Below are positions 18,859 to 28,646 of a DNA stretch of 64,000 bases, one piece after another; the first letter of the stretch is position 1, and the number at the start of each line of letters is the position of its first letter. Source of the DNA: an uncultured Candidatus Rokubacteria bacterium (GTDB lineage Bacteria > Methylomirabilota > Methylomirabilia > Rokubacteriales > CSP1-6); NCBI GenBank assembly GCA_963758635.1, contig CAVWWD010000008.1, positions 64,001 to 128,000 of the forward strand. Direction: 5' to 3'. The position numbers were made by a program, and so were the translations under genes. The notes under the pieces are model-generated. The model saw only the letters and a program-made list of their open reading frames with translations. It ran no database searches and had not been told where the DNA came from.

Positions 18859-19283
18859 CGTCGGACCACATGGCGCGGGACTACCTGCGCCGGGCGCAGG
18901 TGCGCCGGCAGGCCCTGGATGCGTTTCTCGCCGGCGGCCTTCACGGAGAGATCATGCGCCAGGCCCAGGAGATCGTGGAGCTCGTCCTGAAGGGCGCTCT
19001 CCGCCTCGTGGGTGTCGATCCGCCCAAGCGCCACGGGGTTCAGGAGGTAGTGGGCCAGTTCGTGACCCGCCTGCCGGCCGAGTGGGCCGTTGCCATGAGC
19101 GAGCTCGCGGTGACGATCGCTCGCCTCGACGCGGAGAGGGGGCGGGCCTTCTACGGCGACGAAGCGACGGGCACGCCGTCGTCGGACCTGTACGGAAGGG
19201 AGGAAGCTCTCGAGGCCCTCAGCGTCGCCGACCGATTCCTCGCCATGTACGAGCGACTCCTGGCGACGGAGCGGAGGGCATGA
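18855..19283 (+). CDS. HEPN domain protein (partner of MNT)
   Basis: GTGA overlap; AQEIVELVLKGALRLVGVDPPKRHGV, RAFYGD. Confidence 0.87.
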   Translation: MTSDHMARDYLRRAQVRRQALDAFLAGGLHGEIMRQAQEIVELVLKGALRLVGVDPPKRHGVQEVVGQFVTRLPAEWAVAMSELAVTIARLDAERGRAFYGDEATGTPSSDLYGREEALEALSVADRFLAMYERLLATERRA

Positions 19284-19307
19284 CGACCGTCGTTGTCACC
19301 GGGCTCG

Positions 19308-19655
19308 TCATCGGCCGAGCACAACGTCGATGCCGCTCATCACCTGGGCGAAGTACTTTGGGGAGAGCTTGGCGGCGCGCTCGGTGAGAAACGCTCGATC
19401 GACGGTGACGATCTGCGACGCATTGGCCACCGAATCTTTCGGGAGACCCGCGGCGTTTGCCGGGAGGAGCACGTTCCCGGGCGCCCGGGCCCAGGTCACA
19501 TTGCTCGTCAACGGCACGCAGACGACCGTGGCGATCCGGCTGCGATTCAGGGGATTCCCTTGCACGATCACCACGGGCCGTCGGAAGCCCGGAGCCGAGC
19601 CCGCGGGAACAGGCAGATCGGCCCACCAGACCTCGCCCTGCGAGACGTCTACCAC
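19308..19655 (-). CDS. mazF: PemK/MazF family toxin
   Basis: QGEVWWADL..GSAPGFRRPVVIVQ..VVCVPLTSN..GLPKDSVANASQIVTVD. Confidence 0.93.
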   Translation of the reverse strand: MVDVSQGEVWWADLPVPAGSAPGFRRPVVIVQGNPLNRSRIATVVCVPLTSNVTWARAPGNVLLPANAAGLPKDSVANASQIVTVDRAFLTERAAKLSPKYFAQVMSGIDVVLGR

Positions 19656-19885
19656 TCGCTTCGCTCCAGGATGCGCCGCGTCGCGGCCGTGACGAACGCG
19701 TCCGTGGGCTCGGGCAGCTGGTCAATCGCCTGGTTCATGGCTTCGGTGACCTCGTCGGGTGCATGCCGCGAGAGGTACTCCGAGAGCGCCTCGGCGTAGA
19801 GTTGGCTGCGCGACTTCCGCGCCCGGCGCGCGTGCCGTTCAGCCGCGTGGAAGACGTCGTCTGGAAGGGAGATCGCCGTTTTCAT
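19649..19885 (-). CDS. Ribbon-helix-helix antitoxin cognate to MazF
   Basis: MKTAISLPDDVF..SRSQLYAEAL; overlaps toxin start. Confidence 0.9.
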   Translation of the reverse strand: MKTAISLPDDVFHAAERHARRARKSRSQLYAEALSEYLSRHAPDEVTEAMNQAIDQLPEPTDAFVTAATRRILERSEW

Positions 19886-19891
19886 ACCGAG

Positions 19892-19920
19892 AGTATAACC
19901 TCCAAGGTCCCCCGTGCCAA
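19892..19920 (-). promoter_or_regulatory. Promoter of the mazF operon (leaderless)
   Basis: TTGGCA, 17 bp, TATACT, 6 nt, ATG 19885. Confidence 0.7.
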
Positions 19921-20016
19921 CCGGCGCATGCCCCGAGTCTACCTCCGCGTCCAGCGGGGAGTGCTATCCTCCGGGCCATGCTTTGCGAAGCGAGCCGATA
20001 GGCGAGCGGAGCGCAC

Positions 20017-21261
20017 ATGGAGGCGCAAGTGAAGCCGACGACCCCCGGCACGGACAGTCAGCTCGCGGGCATCCGCGTCGTGGACCTCACGCGGATCCTG
20101 TCTGGGCCGTTCTGCACGATGCTACTCGCCGACCTCGGCGCCGACGTGATCAAGATCGAGACGCCCGACGGCGGTGACTCCGTGCGCCGGCAGGGCGCGG
20201 TGCGGGACGGGCTCTCGTGGTACTTCGCGGCGTTCAACCGCAACAAGCGCTCGGTGGTGCTGGACCTGCGCGCGGCCGCGGGCAAGGGCCTTCTCGAGCG
20301 CCTGATCGCCAGCGCCGACGTGGTGGTGGAGAACTACCGCGCAGGCGTGCTCGAGGAGATGGGCTTCGGGTTCGACCGGCTCCGCGAGATCAAGCCCGAC
20401 ATCGTCGTCTGCAGCATCTCGGGCTTCGGCCAGACCGGGCCGTACCGCGACCGGCCCGCCTTCGACTTCATCGCCCAGGCGATGAGCGGGCTCATGAGCG
20501 TCAACGGCGAGGAGGACGGGCCGCCGCTCCGGAGCGGGCTGCCGCTCACCGACCTCGTGGCCGGGCTCTACGCCGCCCTCGGCGTGGTCGCCGCGCTCGT
20601 GCGCCGCCAGCGCACCGGCGCGCCGGAGCGGGTGGACACCGCCATGCTCGACGGGCTCGTGAGCTTTGCCGCGTACATCGGCGCCGAGACGCTCGCCACC
20701 GGCCGGCCGCCCCGCCGCTCGGGCAACGACCACCCGATCGTGGCCCCGTACGGCCTCTTCGCGGCGGAGGACGGCGACATCGCCATCGCGCCCGCCAACG
20801 ATCAGGTCTACCACCGCCTGCTCGACGCGCTGGACCTCACCGAGCTGAAGGCGCATCCGGACTTCGCGACGAACGATCTGCGCGTCCGGCACCGCGCGCG
20901 CATCAACGCGCTGGTGGGCGCGCGCATCGCGCTCGGCACGCAGGCGGCGTGGATCGAGCGTCTGAACCGGGCGGGCGTTCCGTGTGGGCGCGTGATGGAT
21001 TTCGCCGAGGTGTTCGCCGATCCGCAGATCGCGGCCCGCGACATGGTGCTCTCGGTGCCGCATCCCGGGCGCGGCACCGTGCGGATGCCCGGCTTCCCGA
21101 TCAAGTTCGGCGAGGGGCCCTGCCGCATCCGGCGGCCCGCGCCCGAGCTGGGCGCCGATACCGACGACGTGCTGCGCGAGCTGGGCGTGGACGGAGCCGA
21201 GCTGGATCGGCTCCGGGGCCGCGGCGTCGTCGGCGCGCGGCACGCCGCCGCGGCATCGTGA
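20017..21261 (+). CDS. CaiB/BaiF class III CoA-transferase
   Basis: LAGIRVVDLTRILSGPFC, NRNKRS, ADVVVENYR, ISGFGQTGP, AFDFIAQAMSG. Confidence 0.94.
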   Translation: MEAQVKPTTPGTDSQLAGIRVVDLTRILSGPFCTMLLADLGADVIKIETPDGGDSVRRQGAVRDGLSWYFAAFNRNKRSVVLDLRAAAGKGLLERLIASADVVVENYRAGVLEEMGFGFDRLREIKPDIVVCSISGFGQTGPYRDRPAFDFIAQAMSGLMSVNGEEDGPPLRSGLPLTDLVAGLYAALGVVAALVRRQRTGAPERVDTAMLDGLVSFAAYIGAETLATGRPPRRSGNDHPIVAPYGLFAAEDGDIAIAPANDQVYHRLLDALDLTELKAHPDFATNDLRVRHRARINALVGARIALGTQAAWIERLNRAGVPCGRVMDFAEVFADPQIAARDMVLSVPHPGRGTVRMPGFPIKFGEGPCRIRRPAPELGADTDDVLRELGVDGAELDRLRGRGVVGARHAAAAS

Positions 21262-21307
21262 GCCCCGGCGTGAGCCCGAGGACGACCGCGAGAGAGGAGC
21301 GCGCGCC

Positions 21308-22735
21308 ATGCTGGACCTGATCATCCGTGGTGGCGACGTGGTGACCCCGCAGGGCGTGGGGAAGTGGGACGTGGCCGTGAAGGGCGAGCGCATCGTGGCG
21401 GTGGGGCTGCCCGAGGCCGGTGTCGAGGCCGGCCGCGTGATCGACGCCACCGGCACGGTCGTGGCGCCGGGCGGCATCGAGCCCCACACGCACCTGGCCC
21501 ACTTCATCGCGATGCAGCCGGAGGCCAACGAGTTCACGCTCGGGCCCGAGGAGGACACGCGGGGCATGGTCTACGGGGGCACCACCACCCACGTGGACTT
21601 CTGCTTCGTCCGGCCCGGCCTGGACATCGCGAAGGCCATCGAGCAGCGCGTGGCCCGCTGGAAGGGCAACTCCTACGCGGACTACGCCTTCCACGTGTGC
21701 CTGCAAGGCACGCTTCCCATCAAGCTCTTCGACCAGATCCCCGAGGCCATCGCCGAGGGCTTCCCGAGCTTCAAGGTGTTCACGGTCAACGTGCTGCCGC
21801 CGCATCCCAAGCGGCACCCGTACCGGCTCGACTTCGGCCGGATCCAGCTCGCCATGGAGAAGGTCGCCAGGCACGGCGGCATCATGGCCGTGCACGCCGA
21901 GGACGAGGACGTCGTGCAGTTCAACTACGAGAAGTTCCGCGAGGAGATGCGCACCGAGGGCTGGCTCCTCCCCGAGGTGCACAACAAGCTGTCCGAGCTC
22001 CTGGCCTTCACGCGCACGATCCAGCTCGCCCGGCACACCGGGGCCGGGGTCTACTTCGTGCACACCTCCGCGAAGGAGGCGGTGGAGGCGGTGGCGGAGG
22101 CGCGCAGCAAGGGCCTGCCGATCTACGCCGAGACCCTGCACCACTACACGTGCTTCACCGCCGAGGACTACAAGACCCCGCGCGGCTTCTGCTACCACAC
22201 CTATCCGTCGCTGAAGTACCCGGAGGACCAGGCCGCGCTGTGGAACGGCCTCGTGCAGGACGGCGTGTCGACGGTCGCCACCGACGAGTTCCCGACCTCG
22301 CTCGAGCTGAAGCTCCGGGGCAAGGAGCTGGAGAACGTGACGGGGGGCAACCTGGGCGCGGAGGCCCGTGTGGGCATCGTGTGGAGCGAGGGGGTGGTCA
22401 AGCGCGGCATGTCGCTCCAGCGCTTCGCCGAGGTCACGTCCACCAATGCCGCGCGCATCCTGGGGCTCTACCCGAGGAAGGGCGTGATCGCGCCGGGGAG
22501 CGACGCCGACCTGGTGCTGATCGATCCCGCGGTGGACAAGACGCTCGCCCGCGAGGACTTCCACGTGTCGGACTACAGCCCGTGGGAAGGCTGGAAGGTG
22601 AAGGGCTGGCCGGTGACCACGATCCTGCGCGGCAAGGTCGTGGTGGACAACGGCAAGCTCCTCGGCAGCCCCGCGGACGGCAAGCTCGCTCCGCGCAAGA
22701 TCTCGCCCGAGGTGCTCCGGAAGGCCGCGTGCTAG
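21308..22735 (+). CDS. Dihydropyrimidinase/hydantoinase-like cyclic amidohydrolase
   Basis: PGGIEPHTHL, SFKVF, VHAED, VHTS, ATDE, KGVIAPGSDADLV, YSPWEG. Confidence 0.88.
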   Translation: MLDLIIRGGDVVTPQGVGKWDVAVKGERIVAVGLPEAGVEAGRVIDATGTVVAPGGIEPHTHLAHFIAMQPEANEFTLGPEEDTRGMVYGGTTTHVDFCFVRPGLDIAKAIEQRVARWKGNSYADYAFHVCLQGTLPIKLFDQIPEAIAEGFPSFKVFTVNVLPPHPKRHPYRLDFGRIQLAMEKVARHGGIMAVHAEDEDVVQFNYEKFREEMRTEGWLLPEVHNKLSELLAFTRTIQLARHTGAGVYFVHTSAKEAVEAVAEARSKGLPIYAETLHHYTCFTAEDYKTPRGFCYHTYPSLKYPEDQAALWNGLVQDGVSTVATDEFPTSLELKLRGKELENVTGGNLGAEARVGIVWSEGVVKRGMSLQRFAEVTSTNAARILGLYPRKGVIAPGSDADLVLIDPAVDKTLAREDFHVSDYSPWEGWKVKGWPVTTILRGKVVVDNGKLLGSPADGKLAPRKISPEVLRKAAC

Positions 22736-22760
22736 CCGGCGTCGCTCTCCGGAGGCCACG

Positions 22761-22950
22761 ATGAGCGAGCTGACGCCCGCAGGAGGTCCACGCCATGGCG
22801 ACGGCCCTCGGGCTCTCGCTGGCCGGCGAGGACCTCACCGAGGTCACGCACCGCCTGAACGGTCTCCTCGAGGCCCTTCGGCCGCTCGACGACCTGCCGC
22901 TGGACGACGTGGAGCCGCTGCCGATCCTGCCGGACGAAGGCGCGCGATGA
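22761..22950 (+). CDS. Small GatC/AtzG-like amidase partner protein (indel near 22776)
   Basis: GGAGG RBS; removing one C gives MSELTPQEVHAMATALGLSLAGEDLTEVTHRLNGLLEALRPLDDLPLDDVEPLPILPDEGAR; stop overlaps amidase ATG. Confidence 0.7.
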
Positions 22951-24359
22951 GCGACGACCTGGCGTTCGCCGACGCCGTCACGCTCGCCGCGCGCGTGCGC
23001 GACCGCTCCGTGTCGCCCGTCGAGCTTGTGCGCGCGTATCTCGATCGCATCGACCGCCTCGACGGCCGGCTCCGCGCGTACATCACGGTGTGCCGCGATG
23101 CCGCGCTCCAGGCGGCGCGTCGCGCCGAGGCGGAGGTGGCGCGGGGCGACTTGCTCGGGACGCTCCACGGCGTGCCCTTCGCGGTGAAGGACCAGTTCGA
23201 CACCGCTGGCGTCCTCACCACCATGGGGTCGCGGCTGATGGCCGACCGCGTTCCCCGGGAGACGGCCACGCTGGTCGAGCGCCTCGAGGCCGCGGGCGCC
23301 ATCCTGCTCGGCAAGCTCAACCTCACCGAGTTCGCGCTCGGCGGGACCGTGGAATTCCCGTATGGCCAGCCGCGCAACCCGTGGAACACCGACCACGATC
23401 CGGGCGGATCGTCGTCCGGATCCGGCATCGCGGTGGCCGCCGGCCTGTGCGCCTTCGCGCTCGGCGAGGACACCGGCGGCTCGGTGCGGTCCCCCGCGTC
23501 GTTCTGCGGCGTGGTGGGCCTCCGGCCGACGTGGGGCCGACTCTCCCGTCACGGCGTGGTGCCCCTCTGCTGGTCCATGGACACGCCGGGACCGCTCACG
23601 CGCACGGTGGAGGACACCGCGCTCGTGATGCAGGTGATCGCCGGCCACGACCCCCGCGACCCGACCACCAGCCGCCGGAGCGTGCCGGATCATCGCGCGG
23701 CGCTCGGCGCGGGCGTGCGCGGGCTCCGGATCGGCGTCGCGCGTGAGCTGGTCGCTTCGCCGGACGTGGACGCGGAGGTGCGCGACGGGCTCGCCGCCGC
23801 CCTCGGCGTGCTGAAGGGCCTGGGAGCGATGGTGGAGGAAGTCTCGCTGCCGCTCCTGCCGCTGGCCGGCGCGGTGTTCATGACGCTGGCCGACTCCGAC
23901 GGCGCCGGCTTGCACCAGCCGTGGCTCCGGAGCCGGCCGCAGGACTACGACCGCGGCACGCGGCGCCGCTTGCTCACCGCCAGCCTGATCCCCGCCGCGC
24001 GCTACCACCAGGCGCAGCGCGCGCGGGCGCTCATCCGGCGGCAGCTCCTGGAGGCGCTCGAGCGCTGGGATCTGCTGGCGTGGCCCACCGCGCCCCAGCC
24101 CGCGCCGCCCATCGCGCGCGGCGCCGCTCCGATCACCGCGGCATCGCAGGTGGCGGGGCGGTTCTTCGCGCGTCGCTCCTACGTGGCCCCGGCGTCGCTC
24201 GCGTCGCTGCCCGCCGTGGCCGTGCCTTCGGGGTTCTCGCGCGCGGGCCTGCCGCTGAGCCTGCAGCTCATCGGCCGGCCGTTCGGGGAGGCGCCGCTCC
24301 TCGCCGCGGCCTACGCCTACGAGCAGGCGACCGGCTGGTCGCGCCGCCCGCCCGTCTGA
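22947..24359 (+). CDS. Amidase signature family enzyme (GatA/AtzE-like)
   Basis: LHGVPFAVKD, GKLNLTEFA, PGGSSSGS, DTGGSVRSPA; start MSDDLAF at 22947. Confidence 0.93.
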   Translation: MSDDLAFADAVTLAARVRDRSVSPVELVRAYLDRIDRLDGRLRAYITVCRDAALQAARRAEAEVARGDLLGTLHGVPFAVKDQFDTAGVLTTMGSRLMADRVPRETATLVERLEAAGAILLGKLNLTEFALGGTVEFPYGQPRNPWNTDHDPGGSSSGSGIAVAAGLCAFALGEDTGGSVRSPASFCGVVGLRPTWGRLSRHGVVPLCWSMDTPGPLTRTVEDTALVMQVIAGHDPRDPTTSRRSVPDHRAALGAGVRGLRIGVARELVASPDVDAEVRDGLAAALGVLKGLGAMVEEVSLPLLPLAGAVFMTLADSDGAGLHQPWLRSRPQDYDRGTRRRLLTASLIPAARYHQAQRARALIRRQLLEALERWDLLAWPTAPQPAPPIARGAAPITAASQVAGRFFARRSYVAPASLASLPAVAVPSGFSRAGLPLSLQLIGRPFGEAPLLAAAYAYEQATGWSRRPPV

Positions 24360-24411
24360 GCGGCGTGGGGCCCGTCAGCCCGACGTTCGGTCGATCAGGA
24401 GACGCTCAGCC

Positions 24412-25347
24412 TCACGCCAGGGCGAGCGCCACGGCCCGGACCGGCGAGAGGCTCTTCGCCAGCGTGCTCCAGCTTTCCCCGGCGTCCCCGGACACGTAGA
24501 CGCAGCCGTCCTCCGTGCCGATCACCGCCGTGCGGTCTCGCGTGGCGAGGCAGCCGGTGTCGACGTTGTCCGGGAACCAGTCGGGCAGACCCGCGCGGCA
24601 TCGCTCGAAGGGCGCGCCACCCGAGAGCGGGCGATGATACACGCACGCCTGGCGGCCCTGGTAGCTGGTCGCCGCGCTCAGGAGCAGCGTGTCGCCGGCC
24701 ACCGCGACGGCGCGGCAGTAGTGCGCGTGCAGGCCGGCGTTGTCCCAGCGCCAGGTCCGGCCGGCATCCTCGGTGATCCCGAACCCGTCCGCGGCGGCGA
24801 CCACGACCGTGCCGGCGTGGCCGGGCACGGCGAGCACCTGGTGCACGTCGTGCTCGATGTCGAGCGTGGGTGACCATCCCGCGTCGCCCCCGGCGGACCG
24901 CAGCACACCGCCCACGTGCACGTTCACGTAGACGGCGCGGTCACCGTCCGCGCTGATCGACCGCACGTCGGCGGGAGCGCCCCACGGCGTATACCAGGCG
25001 TCACGACCTTCCGCCTCGTCGAACGAGGCGACGGAGACGAGGCGCCCGTGGGTCAGCCGTGCGAGGTGGGCGCGCGCGGTCCCGACGAGGAGCCCGGAGA
25101 CGGTGGAGGCGAGGCAGGTCGCGCGCGGCTTTCCCTTCGCCACCGTCGCGGCGAGCGTCCAGTGAAGCGCGTCCGCGCTCTGCCACAGCTCGCGGCCGTC
25201 GACGATGGCCCACCAGTGCCCGCCGTCCGCGGCGAGCGCCGAGACCTCGCGGCCGGCCAGCTCGTCGACCGCGGCGGCGCGCTCCTCCTTCCAGACGTGG
25301 AGTCCCTCATCCGTGCCCGCGAGGATCGTCGTCCGCTCGTCCGGCAT
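24412..25347 (-). CDS. BNR/Asp-box beta-propeller protein
   Basis: Asp-box repeats TEDAGRTW, SGDAGESW; AGGAGG RBS. Confidence 0.8.
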   Translation of the reverse strand: MPDERTTILAGTDEGLHVWKEERAAAVDELAGREVSALAADGGHWWAIVDGRELWQSADALHWTLAATVAKGKPRATCLASTVSGLLVGTARAHLARLTHGRLVSVASFDEAEGRDAWYTPWGAPADVRSISADGDRAVYVNVHVGGVLRSAGGDAGWSPTLDIEHDVHQVLAVPGHAGTVVVAAADGFGITEDAGRTWRWDNAGLHAHYCRAVAVAGDTLLLSAATSYQGRQACVYHRPLSGGAPFERCRAGLPDWFPDNVDTGCLATRDRTAVIGTEDGCVYVSGDAGESWSTLAKSLSPVRAVALALA

Positions 25348-25425
25348 GCCCGTGTCCTCCTGTTGCGTCCCAGGATACCGCCGCGGCTCTCCCGCTTCAC
25401 GTCAACCCGCGTGCTCGTGCCACCG

Positions 25426-25465
25426 CCCCTCACCCTGACCCTCTCGCCCGAGAGGGGGAGAGGGG
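25426..25465. repeat. REP-like palindromic element
   Basis: CCCCTCACCCTGACCCTCTCGCCCGAGAGGGGGAGAGGGG. Confidence 0.8.
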
Positions 25466-25482
25466 ATCGGGCGCGGTCGGCC

Positions 25483-26665
25483 TCACGCGTCCGTCGTGGT
25501 GCGGGTGGCGTGCGGGGAGCACTGGACGCTCCACGCGAGGCTCGCGCAGGCGAGGAGGCCGAGGATCGCGGAGACCCCGGCAGTGCCGCCGAGCCCGCCG
25601 GCGAGCCAGATCGGCCCGCCCGAGAGCGCTCCCACCACGCGCCCGAGGCTCGAGGCCGCCCCCATCGACGCGATGGTGGTGGCGCGCGCGCCCGGCACCA
25701 GCTCGGTGCAGAACGAGATGGCCGTGACCACGGTGAACTCGAAGCCGAGGAAGACGACGAAGAGGCCGACGAGGGCGCCGGTGAGCGATCCGCCGAGGAG
25801 CGGAAGCGCGGCGTAGCCGGCCGCGGTGACGCCCGCGCCCAGGACCGCGGCGCGGCCCAGCCCGACACGGTCGGCGACGGCGGCGGTGAGGCTCTCGCCG
25901 GCGAGCTCGGCGACGCCGATCACCGTGGTGGCGGCGCCGAGCGCCACCAGCGTGAGCCCGAAGTCCCGCTCGAGCCACGCGCCGTAGACCACGAACAGGT
26001 TGTCGCTCGCCATCGGGAAGAGGAAGCCGTAGGCGAGGGCGCCGCGGACGGGCCGGGAGCGTGCCACCAGGCCCCAGGAGCGCGCGAGCCCGCCGGGCGC
26101 GGCGCCGCGGCTGCGCCGCCCGTCCCCGCGCAGGACGCGCGCGAGGACGGCGAGCATCACGCACGCCGCGCCGCCCAGCACGAGGAACGGCGCGCGCCAG
26201 CCGTGCCGGTCGATCAGGAGCCCGACGAGGGGAATGCCCACCAGCGAGCTGGCCGCCCAGCCCAGCTCGACGAGGCCGACGACCAGCCCCCGCCGCGCGT
26301 AGCCGACCCGGTCGGACACGTAGGCGAGCAGCGCCGGGTCGAAGCAGCTCTTGCCGAGGCCGGCCAGGACGAGGCCCACGAGGATCGTGCCGTAGAGGGG
26401 CACGAGGCCCGCGCCGAGCATCCCTGCCGGCGAGGAGGGCGACGCCCGCCAGCATCATGCCCCGGTGCCCCCAGTGATCGGCGAAGGCGCCGACGAGAGG
26501 CGAGGCGAGCCCCGTGGCCTGGTTGGCGGCGAGCAGCGGCGTGACGGACGTGAGGGGCACGCCGAGCCCGCGCGAGAGCGCGGGCGCGAACGGATACGCG
26601 AAGCGGCGGGCGGTGTTGAGCAGCGCGCGCGCCACCACCGCGGCCACGAGGACGGCCACGCTCAC
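25483..26665 (-). CDS. MFS transporter (frameshift near 26425)
   Basis: Motif A-like GAFADHWGHRG and ADRVGLGR, many TM helices across two joined ORFs. Confidence 0.87.
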
Positions 26666-26698
26666 GGACGGCCTCGATCCGCGGCCGCGCCGGGCCGC

Positions 26699-27874
26699 CT
26701 ACACGGCCCGCGGCGGATGCAGGCGCACCGCGGCCTCGTTCACCTCCGTGCCCCACCCGGGGCCGGTGGGCAGCGCCAGGTGGCCGTTCTTGATCTCGGG
26801 CTTCACGGTGACGAGGTCGTCCTGCCACGGCACGGTGTCGGGGTCGATCTCCATGATGCGGAGGTTCGGCACCACCGCGCAGAAGTGCGCGTTCATCATC
26901 GTGGCGAGGTGGCCGTAGAAGTTGTGGGGCGCCACGTTCGTCTCGTAGGCGTCGGCCATGGCCGCGATCTTCGCCCCCTCCGCGACGCCGTTCCACGGCG
27001 TGTCGATGATCGCCACGTCCACGGAGCCGTGCTCGAAGTACGGCCGGTAGTCGCGCCGGCCGAACAGGCACTCGCAGGAGGCGACGGGGATCGACGTGCG
27101 GGAGCGGATGTAGGCGAGGGCGCGCGCATCCCGCGTGTCGATCTCGACCCAGAACAGGTCGAAGGGCTCCATGGCCCGGGCCAGCGTGAGGAACCCCTCG
27201 GTCTTGTAGTTGAAGTTCAGGTCCACGAGGATGTCCATGTCCGCGCCGGCCCCCTCGCGGAAGGCGGCGAGCAGGTCGCGCGCGGCGCGGACGGTGGCGC
27301 GGTCCGCGTTCAGCTCGGGGAAGCCGGCGCTGCGGCCGAAGCCGGGGTTGTGCGCGCGCGGGTTGTCGCCCAGCAGCAGCACGTTGGTCTTGAGCGCGGT
27401 GTAGCCCTTGCCCACCACCTCCTTGCCGAGCCGCACCACGTCGTCGAGCGTGCGCACCGGCGGCAGCTGCATCTCGCGCGCCCACGACACGCGATAGGTC
27501 GCGCAGTGCGACCAGTAGACGCGGATGCGGTCGCGCACCGGGCCGCCGAGGAGCTCGTACACGGGAATGCCGAGGGCGCGCGCCTTCACGTCGAGCAGCG
27601 CGTTCTCGATGGCGCCGATCGCCTGCTGGATCAGCCCGCCCGTGGCCTGGCGGCGCAGCGCGTACATCAGCGCGACGTGCGCCTCCCACGCGCGCGGGTC
27701 GCGGCCGATCAGGGCGGGGGCGAGCTGCTCGATCACCGCGGTCACGCCCGGGCCGCCGAACGACTCGTTGTACTCGCTCCATCCGACCAGGCCTCCGTCC
27801 GTCGTGAGCTTCACGAAGTCGAAGTTGCGCCGGCCCGCGTCGGCGTGCAGGCATTCCACGGATGCGATCTTCAT
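26699..27874 (-). CDS. Mandelate racemase/muconate lactonizing enzyme family (enolase superfamily)
   Basis: IENALLDVKARALGIPVYELLGG, ALKTN, VDLN, WVE, ASCE, APHN. Confidence 0.92.
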   Translation of the reverse strand: MKIASVECLHADAGRRNFDFVKLTTDGGLVGWSEYNESFGGPGVTAVIEQLAPALIGRDPRAWEAHVALMYALRRQATGGLIQQAIGAIENALLDVKARALGIPVYELLGGPVRDRIRVYWSHCATYRVSWAREMQLPPVRTLDDVVRLGKEVVGKGYTALKTNVLLLGDNPRAHNPGFGRSAGFPELNADRATVRAARDLLAAFREGAGADMDILVDLNFNYKTEGFLTLARAMEPFDLFWVEIDTRDARALAYIRSRTSIPVASCECLFGRRDYRPYFEHGSVDVAIIDTPWNGVAEGAKIAAMADAYETNVAPHNFYGHLATMMNAHFCAVVPNLRIMEIDPDTVPWQDDLVTVKPEIKNGHLALPTGPGWGTEVNEAAVRLHPPRAV

Positions 27875-28102
27875 GGTTCCTCCTGGCGCGTCGCGGCCTC
27901 GATGCAGCGGCCGGCGGCCCCCGGTAGGCTACCGGAGCCTCCCCGCGGGGCGCAACCCGCGACGTCGCGCAGGAGCGGCGGCTGGGCTAGGATGGGGCGA
28001 TTCAGATCGGTGCGGTTCAGAAGGGTTGACTTCCCCGACCGTCGGGCGCCGGAGGCTCTGCGCAGGCGCCCCGACGGCAAAACCTAAAGGAGACATCGAC
28101 AC

Positions 28103-28646
28103 ATGCTCAGCGCCGTCGCGTTCGTGAAGGAAGGCCTCGCCCACCTCCATCGCTCCCTCGACCAGGCCATCGAGGGACTCACCCCGGAGCAGCTCTACGC
28201 CATCCCCGGGGGCACCTCGAAGGCCAACACGATGGCGTGGAACTTCTGGCACCTCGTGCGCACCGAGGACAACGTCGTGCGCTTCGTGCTCCAGAACCGG
28301 CGCGCGCCGGTGTGGACGGAGGGCGGCTACGCGGCGAAGCTCGAGCCTGCCCGAGAACGCGCAGGGCACCGGCCAGTCCACCGCCGATGCGCAGGCCGTC
28401 CGCATCCCCGACGTGGCCCTCTTCAAGGAGTACATGAAGAAGGTGTGGGCGAGCACCGACGAGTTCCTGGCGAGCGCGAAGCCGGAGGACCTCGAGCGCA
28501 CGGTCACGGTCAAGCCGCTGGGCGACATGACGGCCATCCAGGCCCTCGGCCGCATCTGCCTCACGCACGCCATGACGCACCTGGGCGAGATCGAGATGAC
28601 GCGCACGCTCGTGGGGGCGACCTCCGCGCTAGCGTGGCCGCCGTGA
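28103..28646 (+). CDS. DinB family protein (frameshift near 28345)
   Basis: AAAGGAG RBS; AWNFWHLVRTED and THAMTHLGEI metal-binding His motifs in two joined frames. Confidence 0.85.

Noticed and set aside
17354..19300. Functional CRISPR-Cas locus
   Set aside because: No array, cas1/cas2 or effector genes visible; only half of cas6.
22761..24359. Amidase with a long N-terminal extension
   Set aside because: The extension is the off-frame reading of a separate small gene.
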